Source of the DNA: a virus
Lineage: Duplodnaviria; Caudoviricetes
Virus record (IMG/VR): IMGVR_UViG_3300031867_004305
Span: 32,001-96,000 of that record
DNA length: 64,000 nt
Reading direction: 5' to 3' (one strand)
Below the pieces are notes generated by a model. It saw only the letters and a list, made by a program, of their open reading frames with translations, was not told the origin of the DNA and made no database searches. The position numbers and the translations under genes were made by a program. This document shows, one piece after another, positions 1-12,000 of the stretch (position 1 is the first letter of the stretch; each line of letters begins with the position of its first letter).

Positions 1-3000
1 AACGCTGTAAGATAGCTAATTGACGTTGTAATTTAGTTAATTCATCCTTGCCCTGATTCTGTTCATATTGCTTACGTTCCTTATCTAAAGCTTCACTTAA
101 ACCACTAATATAAGCATCAGACGCATCTTTCAAAGCATCTTTTAATTCAGTTTTTTCATCAATCAATGCTTGTTGACGTGATTCAATAGCCTTTAGTAAT
201 TCTTGCTCTATATCTAACTCATTATCTCTCAACTCTTGAAGTATCTCATTCTGCTTAGTCTGATTTTCTTCAATGTTAGTAAGAGTATCATTATAGCTAT
301 CATATAGATTATCTAATTCATCACGCCATCCATCTATGTTATTCCAGAAATTCTCCATCATTTTAACATAGATGTCATTTTTCTTATCTTTAGAATTATT
401 CTTCTTAACTGCTAAAGTATTTTGATTAATAGATTTCGCAGCTTTAGTACCATCGTCGTTATATAATAAATCACTTAGATTAAATCCTACACTACGTAAA
501 TACTTTAACTGTGCTCTTGCACTCTTAGCATTATTGATTGGTTGACCATTAACATCACGTTCATTCAACTTCTCTAAAATATCTAAGCCACGGCCGCTGC
601 CTGGAGCACCAGAACCTACATACTGTTGTAATCCATTTTCATCGTAAGTGAAAATTTTACCATAATCAGAAGCTTCTAATTCCTTACGCTTGGCATCATA
701 CCAACTCTTTTGTAATTCAACTAGTTCTTTCTGATTTCTTACTTCTTTACGTAGAATGGCAAGTTCCTTCTGATAGGTAGCATAAATTTTATCGCCATTT
801 ACTACAAAATCAGATTGATACTTACTACGCAATGCTTGCTGATAAGTAATGTCTTTTTCTGCTTTCGCAATCTGACGAGTTAAATTATACCAGCGTTGGA
901 TTTCTGCGGTTACAGCTCTATTTTCGCCATTATCATCGGCACCGCCACCGCCTCCACCGCCGCCACCTTTATTGTGTGCGAGGATAGAATTATTACCAAC
1001 ATAGTAGTTGTGATTATTAGATACTTCAAAGTTATAAACTCGAATTGCCATTTCTTCAATATCAATTTCAGAAATAGCGTGTAGAGTTCCATCAGCAAAT
1101 CGTACTAAATTACCAGTTGCCAAAGCAGAAGCAGGAATCCATTCATTACCAATTAAGAAACGGTGAATACCAGTAACTACAAGTTCTTCATCTTCAATGT
1201 GAAGAGTGTAAATATCTTCTTCAACATCGTGAATCATGGTTTGTAGAACTTCACTATATTCATTCTTTCTAGTTTCTTCATTGTAGGAGAGTACAATGTC
1301 ACCTACTTCAATATCTTCGATATTCTTAAAGCCATTACGTGTAGCAATTGGAGTACCAGCAACGAAACATCCGCCGCCTCCTCCGCCACCTTTTCCGCCT
1401 CTACCTGCAAGAGCACCAAGGTCTTTAGCAGAAGCAGTTGCTAAAGATTCCCACATAGCACGTAATTGCTTCAATGCAGATAATGCCGCGGATGCAGAAG
1501 CCATAGCTGGACCGGAAGTTCCGCCAGCAAGAGCAACAGCATTCTTTTCAGAAGTTACTGCATCTCCACGAGAAGATGAACCGTGTTTTAGAAGTTCGCG
1601 AGTCTGTAAGTGATTAAATACTATGGCGTCAGGAGCCAAATCTACGAATTCAGCACCATTCTGCCCTACAACATAATACTTACCACCAGAAACTACAAGT
1701 TCAGGTCCAAGTTCTCCAACAAGTGTTCTGCGGCCGCCAGCTAATGCGGGACCTGTGCCTTTGGAGAGGGCTACGTTGCCTTTAGCTTTAGGAGGAAATT
1801 CAAATTTTTCGATTCCTCCGCCAGTACCAGCACCAGTAGCTTTTACATTCACAGTAACATCCATTGAGAAAGACTTACTAGTAGGTATCCTATTCAACGC
1901 ATCGGCAATTCCCTTTACACGAGAAGCAACATCAGGAATCTGCTTCATAGCAGAAGCTAAATTACTTACCAAAGAACTACGACTTGGAATATCCTTTATA
2001 GCACTAGCTAGGCTCTGTACCGCGGCAGCCTTATTAGGTATCTTAGTCGCAGCGGTAGCTAAGTTCTTGACTTTTGTCGCGGCGACTGTCAAAGAAGCAC
2101 CCATACTAGCGGCAGCAGTTGATAATGCCTTAGCCGAACCTTGGGCTCCGCTAGTATCAACATTTACTGTGGTATTTTGAGTTGTATTGACTGTCTTATT
2201 TTCTGTGGTTTCGGTATCAGTATTAGTCGTACCAGATTGTTGTTGTAAAGTAACGGTAAAAGTCTGATTAGCAAATTGCTTTACAGTATCCCAAATACTT
2301 TCAACCTGAGACTTAATAACTTCCAGCATTCCAGACAAATCGGAGAAATTACTGAAAGAAGCACGGCTAATTTTTCCTACTCCCTGCTGTACTCCTAGCA
2401 AAGAAGAAGAGGTAGTAGAGAAGTCCATTCCTTGAAGTGCGGCTAAACCACTATTAGCAGTCAAATTAGTTGCCCCAACAGTAAGGTTGGAAATATTACC
2501 TTGGCCCTCAGAAATATCTTCTGTCAATGTAAGAGTACCGTCATACGTAGCATTGTTTGCACCAGTAATTTCTAGATTATCAATAGTGGAAGTAGCAGTG
2601 GGAAGATTAATATCAATTAAACCAGCGGCTGACAAAGTTTGAATGTTAGTTAAGTCAATACTATTAAGTTGCTGTCCAGCATCTAATACTTCTTGTATTT
2701 TAGCTTTATATTGTTCTAAAGTAGAAATACCATTTTCCGCACCAGAAACTTGGATTTGTACAGACAAAGAATCAAAATCAGTAACATTTTTTAGTTCAGT
2801 AGCCAGAATAGGATCGGCTTCAACTTCTGTAGTTGCACCATCTACTGAAGCAGTTTTTACTTGAATTTGAACAACTTTATTAGCTGCCCAAGTATTTACT
2901 GCGGCTTCTGCTCCATCCATATTAGCGGTAGTTGTTAAATCAACATTGGTGTCATTAGGCTCAACATCAACATTATATTTACCTACATTAGTCAAATTGC

Positions 3001-6000
3001 CATTTGCATCGAAACCAACGCCGTATTGTGCTAAAGTTGCTACCAAGTTAGCAGTACCATTTACAACAACAGTATTAGAGGAACCATTCTCTCCTACAAA
3101 TGTTATTTGATAAGAAGTCGCGTTTATTTTTGCATCATTAGAAGTTCCTGTTATAGAACCAATTTGACCAACATCAGGATTTTCTTCGCTTAATTTCTTG
3201 TTTGTAGCTTCTATTGTTAGTTGCTCTGAATTACCAGTTGTATTACCAACCGAGCCAACATCAACATCGCCACTATGCTCTAATTCTCCATTTTGTCCTT
3301 CATTTAAAGTAATGGTTAAAGTACCAGCGGTGCCAGTGCTATCTATTGCCCCACTAATTTTTATAGGATTACCTTCAGCTAAAGTAGCCTCTATACCAGC
3401 CGCAGTAAGTTCTAGAGAACCAGCGGTTCCTTTTGCATTTACTGCATCAGTCAAATCAATTACAGTACCATCTGATAATTTAGAAGAAGTTACTGAAGTA
3501 ATTTCTAATGTTTCAACAGTTGCTTTTGCTGTAGCTAGTGGAATTTCTGGAACATCAGCATTAAGATCTTGTTCCGCAGCTTTGGAAATATTTTCAGTAT
3601 TAAAATTAATTTTATTAGGCTTAATTGTAATTTCTGGAATTAGAATCTCTTGAGTTTCTCCTTCTGCTCCAGCAAGAGCAGTTGTCAAACCTTCTGCTAT
3701 TTTTGCACCTATTTGTGCTCCCGCTTCTCCTTCAAAAGCTTTTCCAATTCCGTCCGCAATTTTAGAAACTACTCCTTCTGGATCATAAGATTTTTCAATA
3801 TTTTCTAAAACTTTATCAGTAGTTAATTCTTCTTCAAATCCAGTGACTTCTATACCGCCTGGTATTTCTGCTGTATATTGGCCTTGTTCGTCCGGTCCTT
3901 TTTTTAAAGCTTCTGTAATTGCATTTTCAATTTCAGTTCGACGTGTTTCTTCATCTTTTTGTAAATATTCACCAATTTGTTTTTGAGTACCATTAACTGT
4001 ATTATCTGTCTGATCAGAGAACTCATATTCAACTTGTGCTGTAATACGCTTTTTGATTTTTACTTCTTCCGCTTCACGCTCAGTTTCTGATAATGCTCCT
4101 AATTTATCGGATTGATTTTGTAGTTCTTTTTGATAACGTTCTTCTATCAATCCATCCTTTAATTCCTTAATAGAACCATATTCTTTTCCATTAGGACCTA
4201 TATATTTTACATTACCATTTTCATCTGCTAGTACGTCTATAGTGGTTTGGCCAATAGTAAGAGTACCGTGTGATTTAATTTCAGTTTTTTTACGTTCTGT
4301 TTCATCAGTACTCATTTCAGTTTCTATATTCTCTGCTCCAGCCGCTTTTAGACTTGCTTCTGCAATAGCTTTTTTCGCAGCGGGAGAATCTGCCTTATAG
4401 GTCTGGCCATCAACTGTGATATCACCAGTTTCGGGATCAACTTCTATTAAGCCTCTAGCAACCAAAACAGATTTTACTTGAATTTCTGTAGCTTTACCTT
4501 GACTATAAGCAGTAAATGCTTCTTCTAATTCCCTTTGTAATTCTTCTTGGTTTCCTGTCAATTCTGGGTGCTCTTTCGCTACTAAAGCTAAAGCATCTGA
4601 AACTTCTTCAGATTCCCAATCTATAACATAATGAGTCTTGCCAGAAACAACCACAGAACGCTGTCCTGTTTTTATAACTGTACCATCAGGTAATGTTTGT
4701 TCTAATATATCCCAAACACTTTCGGTTACATTTTCTAAGTTATAATCACCATTCCGTGCGGCTTGATAGAAAGAATTAATTACTTTGGCATATTGTTCCT
4801 CTGTCATTCCCAAATCTTTCCAAGCATCAGCAGCATTTTCAAGTCCACTACGAGCGGCATAAATCATATCTTTTAATGACGTACCGTTTATACTAAGATG
4901 ATCTAAGGCTTTAGCTAAATCTTCATTATAATTTTCAGCTTTTGGATCATGAGTTACTTTATATATACTATCAGCCCATTCTGTATAACCCTTAGTGAAA
5001 TCACCTGCGGCATCTGTTGTACCATTAAAAATCTCACCTAAGTTTAATAATCCATCGCTGTCAACATCAATATCGCCCAGCTTCTCCATCGCAACGACGG
5101 TTTCCATCACCTGAATCGCAGCATCCAGCATAGCAATTTGACTCTCTGCCATAGCCTTGATTCCATCTTGGAAATTATCTTGCATGTTATTCGCACCGGT
5201 AACAAAATTGACGCCCAAACGACTCAAATCTACCTTAACGCCTTCACCATCTACATTAGTTAGAGCATTAGCACCTTGCTCTATTAGATAAGAAGCCATT
5301 TCAGCAGAAGAAGCAAACTTTTGACCATCTACTTCAAGCTGCCCGCTCATAGCGGCAAGATTAGACATTTCATTAACTATGTTGTAGTAATCAGTCAAAT
5401 CTATAGTACCCGCACTCGCAGCTTCATTCATAGTCTTATAAGCTTTACCTACAGAATCCCAATAATTAGCAGGGCCTTGTAGATAGTCGGGCAATTTGCC
5501 ATTCATAAAGTTATAAGAGTCGGGATCGCCTGCTTGTTTATTAGCGATTTGATTATATAAGTCTAGTTGATTCTCAAGTTCAGCATTTTGTTGACGTAAA
5601 CGCTGGGCACGAGCATCACCGGGGTCTTCCGCTTCTAATTTTCTTATCTCATACCAATTTTCACGGATTTGTTTTTGAGTCTCAGCAATGGTAGCCATAG
5701 TATCAGACATACTATCAAAGCCGCCACCCAAATCACCAGTAAGTGAATCATACAAATCATCAAAGACTAGTTGAGCTTTTAGACTATCAATCTTTTGTAG
5801 TTCTTGATATAACTCAATCGCGGACTGTTTGGTTAATTTCATTCCTTCTGCGGTTTTAGTAAACTCTAAGTTTACATTCATATCAAGACTATCAACCATT
5901 TGCTGTAAATTAAAAGCATCAGAATTACTTAGTTTTCCACTAATTCCTTTACTAATAGCGTCAACATAGGATTGTAATACGCTATCTAAAGTGTCAGCTA

Positions 6001-9000
6001 ACTGAGCCATATCAGACTGGAGTAGACCGCCATACTGTTGTGCGTAAGAAGCGATAGTAGAAAGAATGCCAGGTATATTAGCTTCTGAATCTAACTTTAG
6101 AATACCATCTTGTAAATGGCCACCCATACTATTGAGTATATCAATAAAATTATCAAAAGCGGGTACATCATAAGCGCCCTTGTTAACTATTTTACCCTCT
6201 AAAGCTGTTTCAAGTCGCTCACTCAACTGCGTCAAATTCAGCCAGTCTCCGCCTTTCGCATCTCCAAGAGCATTTACTTCTTCAAGAATGTTATTTTCTG
6301 CCTTACGATTCATTTCAATCAAAGAATCATTATAAGTTTTAAAAGCAGAAACATATTCTTCACTATTCGCATCCCAACCCATTAAATCAGCAAAACGAGA
6401 GAAGTCAGCAATCCGCATCTTATTGCCACCCATTAGGTCAATAATACCGGATGTTTCTAAATCATTTATCATCGTTTCAGTTAACTGAATACCAGCATCA
6501 GCTAGTATCTCACCAAAACGAGTGAAAGTCATTCCAGTAGCATCGCCTAATGCGTCTATAGCGGCTTGTTCTCCGTCACGATTTTCTAAGGCTAAAGCTG
6601 CAACCTTATTCAAATCGGCTAGAGTTGCTTCACCGGTGGCTTCTAGTCTAGTCAATAAGTTGTTATAAGCCTCATATAAATTAGCAGCTGTCTCTACAAC
6701 GTACTGTCCACTTTCGCCCAATTCATTTACTTTACCGCCGCTAAGAGCTATTATTTCAGCCGTAGCAGAATCAATGATTTCACCAGGTTTAGCTATAACA
6801 GTATCAATAGCATTAACAAAATTAGCAACCTCATTACGATATGCAGCCTCTATATCACTGTCAGAAAGAGTTGTTCCTTGTGCTTTGGCAATTTCTTCCG
6901 CAGCTTTAACTGCATTTTCTCCACCATCTTTCAAAGCGGAAATTATATTATCAGCATTTAAACCCTCAGTTTCTCCCAAAGCAAATAATACAGCATTATA
7001 ATCTTCAATAGCTTTTTGTAATTCATCTATCTTTAATGCACGAGCAGGGTCACCGTTTGCCATACCTAAGAAGCCAGTTATATCAATAGCTTCGGCAAAT
7101 TGCCGCTTAGTATCATTAATTAGTTGCTCCGCAGCCCAGCGCTCATCACCAGACAAAGAGTTTAATTGCTGACTTAACGATTGAACCGACGCAATTAACC
7201 CAGTAGTGCTATAAACAAATCCATGTACCGTCTCATCATATTCAAATAATGCTGATATATCAAAACTAGTGCCTAATTGCTCATTAACACTGGATACACG
7301 TTTACGCATATCTTCTATACTAGTAGTGCCTTTGCCTTGTAGAGAACTTAAACCAGTTAAAGAAGAAATAATACCATCAATTTCATTAGCTATCATTTGT
7401 TTTAATTCTTCAGTAACTTTTATTTTGCCAGTTTGAATTAATCTATCCAATTCAGCAAGATTCATTTTATAAGTGCCGTCATCTTCTTTTTTAATTAGAT
7501 TACTTATAAAATCATAAGAAGTTCCAAAAATCTCTGCTAATGTAGCTACATTTTCTTCAGTTAACTTATCACGTTTACTTACTATATCAACAAACCTAGC
7601 AGTATTATCAATTTTAGCATTAGCAGATTCTAGTTTTCCACGTAATTCAAGATACTGTTTACTAGTTTTATCCAAAGCACTATTATTTAATATGTTTAAC
7701 ATATTTTCATAACTACTTGATAATTCACCAGTAACCGTATTTACATCGAAATCTTCTAAAGATACTCCATCAATAGAACGAGCTAATTTCTGTCCAGCTT
7801 CATAACTAAAATTATCAAAAGAATCAATAACATCTTTTAGAGCATCATAAGCATTATTTTCATAATCTTTTGCTCGTGCTTGGGCAATTAAAGCGTCTAT
7901 TTCTGTAGCATTTTTGCCAGTCAAATTAGCATAATTTCGTACAAAATCTTCATATGAATCTTGCCAGTCTTTAATTGCGGCAGACATTTCATTAAATGTT
8001 GAAGATTCAATACCAGTATTAGCATAATCTGTAATATTAAAATTATCTATGCCCTTGGATAATAGATCAGATAGGAGAGTGTCAACTCCACCGCGAGCTT
8101 TTTCAACCGCGACTTTTAGTTCGGGTTGATTCGCGGCGTCATATCTTTCTGTGCCAGATAGATATTTGTTAAAGGCTTCTGTGTCGAAAGTTTCTAAAGC
8201 TGGTATGCCAGTAATTCGTGCTTGTTTTCTAGATTTTTGATTAGGCTTTTTCATGAATTGGCCATTTAACAAAGAAGAATAATCACCTTTATTCCAATTT
8301 TCTTGCTGAAATATCATAGCTTGGATTTGTTCTACGGCCATACCATAATCTTCTAGACCATTAAATATATTTTCAAATAATAATTCAATAGTTTTTTGGC
8401 CAGCTTCTGTTAATTGATTCGCTTCATTTATAAGCACTTGACCATTAGAATCTAAATATTTTTTGGTGGTTTCATCATAATTAAATCCATTCGCACTAAG
8501 GAACTCTCTCATTTCTTCAGATAATACTTCCTCAACGTCAGGAATTGAAACTTGATTATTAGAATCTAATAATCCTGCACTTTGTGCCTTCTTTAGATTT
8601 TCTTGTACTTTTTCCGCAGCTTCATTTATATGTTCTCCGTATTTTTGCTGTATTTCGTTAAATGCCTGTTCAGAAAGAATTAATTTATCACCGTTAGATA
8701 TAATATCTGAGCCAATATCTAAATCTACTCCCCAACCTTTAGCTTTATTTACTAACTCATTAGCTTCTTTCATCGTCATTCCAGAAGTAGCCTTAGAAAG
8801 TATTTTAGTATCATCTTCAGCTTTTTCTAATAGTGAGTCAAGTTCTGATTGAATAGAAAGAGCAACATTATCTACTATTCTTTGCTTACGAGCTTCTAGC
8901 TGTTTTACTGTAGATTTAATAACGCTTTGATCTGCTCCTGAAGATTCTATTGATGAAATAGCTTCTTCAATACCTTCTGTAGTATTTAAATTGGATTGAT

Positions 9001-12000
9001 TTAAAATGTTTATTATAGAATTACGATCAAAAGCACTTATATTATCTTGATATAAAGCATTTATTAAATTAGAAGTATTATTACTTAGCTCCCCTGCGGC
9101 CTGGACAAAACCTTGTTTTTCTAATTCATCAATTTGCTTTACCTGTGCTGAAATAAAATCTAAAGCATTAGAAGATAAATCCCTTTTTTCCAATGAAGTT
9201 TTTAATTTTCCTAATGCTGTAGGTAAAGTTTCATCAATTTTTTCACCAGACGTTGTATCATAAATTGGCTCACTATAAGTATTAAAGATGTTATTTAATC
9301 TTTCTATAGAATCTTCTGTAGAAGTATATAAATTATCTATTGCTTCATTTATTGCTTTATTTGATTCGTCCAAATTTAATTCTTTTTTAACATCGTTTGC
9401 TGTAAAAGCGGAAGTATCATTTCCTATTTTTTCTAATATATCTTTTTGTTCTTTATTTAAATCATTATAGCCTTTATAATACTCATTTAAAGCATTTTTA
9501 AAATCATCTGTTTCTTTAAATTGTTCCCAAGTTTTATTATTATTTTTATCCTGTCCCCAAATAGAAGATAATTGTCGAGTAAGTAATAAAGCCCCTTGAG
9601 TATTTTCATTTAAAAACTTCCAATTTTCTTCTAAAGATTTATCAAGTAATAAATAAGAAGAAACAACTGAATTACGTAGCCCAGCATTTTCACCTGATAA
9701 ATTAGCTAATTCAACATTCAATTTATTTAATTGAGAGACATCAAAATTCTTATTAATTAATTCTTTAGTTTCTTCAGATAACGAATTATATGCTTCTAAA
9801 AATTCATTTAATTTTTGTTGTCCAAATTCAGAATTAAAATCATAATTATCTAAATGATTAATGAAATCTTTTACTATCGCTTGTGAAGTTTCAAGGCTTT
9901 GTTCAGTAGAAAAATCAGATGATAAAAGTAAATTGGCAAGTTCATTTAGCCCTTGTAATGAATCAGGAATCTTTTTTCCTGCTTCATTATAAGCTTGAAT
10001 TGACTTGTTAATTTCAGTAGAAAAAGAAGATATGTCTTTTATTTGGTCTAAATCTATTTTAGCCCCAGATCTTTCTACTATATCACGTAAATAATCCGCG
10101 GATGTATCTTGATTTAAAATACCTTCTAAATATTGTCCTACTTCATCAAAATTTAAAAATCCGCCCATAGCATTTCTTAACATGCCATACGCTCGATCTG
10201 CTAGACGTGTACTATTAGCAGTATCATCAAAAGAAAAACTATTATCAGTAATTTCGCCAGAACGATTATTAAGATTTTTAATTTCATTTGCAGTTGTCAA
10301 CATTTTTTGTTGATTTGCTTTTTGTTCACCTACAGCAGCATCATATGTAGCTTGTAGCGTTTTTTGACGTGCAGCCGCTAACATTTCCTCAGCATTTGCA
10401 GTTTCTATAATTATATTACCGCTACTATCAAAACCGCTAATTAATTGGGGAAAAGAATCTGCTAAATCATCAACTGCTTTTTGATATTCTTCAGCTGCTT
10501 CAGCACTTTCATACCTTTTTTCTTTTAATTCATTTACTTTATCTATACCAGTTTGTAAAGTTTTTTCATCTGCTTTAACTTGCTTTGCTGTATTAGAAAG
10601 TTCTTCCGCTTCTTTATTCAAACGCTCTAATTTTTCTTGAGGCGTCTCAATTGCCGTGGCAATTCCATTTATAGCTGTAATAGCTGCCATAGCTACTGTT
10701 ACCCAAGGGAATGGGCCTTTAGTTTCCATAGCTTTCATTACAGAAGATATACCTTTTATAGCTCCGCTTACAAACATTAAAGATCCTGCGAATATTCTAC
10801 TAGAATCTGTAGATTTATCCATAACATTAGCTACAATATTAAGAGCAGAACTAAAATCTAATAAACTATCATAAATCTTTTGGTTTTTAATTTGAGTTAA
10901 AGAACCAGCAAACTCTTTATTTGCTATAGCTAATTCTTTAATTTTTTCTAATGCTTTTTCTGGTCCCTCATTAGCTAATTCTCTTAAAGATTTAGCTTCC
11001 TCATCTGTTATCGCTTTTAAATCTTGTAATCTAGTAATAGCATTTGATATTACTTGAGGATTTATAATTTCACCATTAGAATCTCTCTTAAAAACAATGG
11101 TTTTTGATATATCAGAAAGATCATTTAAACGCTGTTTTGTAACTTCAATTTCTCTATTTATTTCAGAAAAAGAAGAAGAAGTACTTAGACCTTGCCGTAA
11201 TCCTTCATTAAAATCGTTACCAGCTTTTTGCCCTTTTCCTCTTAAATCCAAACTCTCTACATGTCCATCTAAATGACTCTTAAACTGCGTAGCAATAGCA
11301 GATAAACCATTTAATGCTACTGTTTTAATCAAAGAAATAGCATCAGCAATAACAGTCGCAGCACCAATAGGAATCTTTCCAAATAACTTCGGTAAACCAT
11401 TTAATGTATTAATAAAATTAGTAGTACCATCTAAGAGTCCTTTCCATAAATCTTCAGCGCCCAAAGTAGTATAAAACTGCTGATACGCAACTTGTACCTG
11501 ATTCAACTTAGACTCAATAGAATCCAAAGCCTTCAAAGCTTGTAAAGTACCAACATCTTCACTATCATTCGCAACTTCTAGGTTTTCACGCAATAAATCA
11601 CCGTTACTTACCAAAGCTAAGAAACGAGACTGCTGTCTATTACCAGCAAACTGTGTAGCAACATATCTCTGCTGTACTGAACTTAATTGATCCCATACGT
11701 CAGATAATTCAAGAATAACATCAGTAAAGTCTCTAAACTGTCCTTCAGTATCCTTCATAGAAATACCAACAGACTGTAATGCAGAATCTACTTTATTGAA
11801 AGCCATAACCTCGCCTTCAGCATCTACTAAAGTCAGAGGATCTTTGGTTAATTCACCATAACGGCTCGCAATTGACTTCATAGCAGAACCAATATTATTC
11901 GCAGATTCACGAGTAACAGCTACCATAGTAGCGATCATCGCAGAAGTTTCTTCAAATGTAGAACCTACAGATTCCATAGAAGAAGCTGTCCTTGTCATAG

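Noticed and set aside
971-1369. Canonical splicing intein
   Set aside because: The +1 residue is Lys, there is no homing endonuclease, and it sits in a Gly linker rather than a conserved active site
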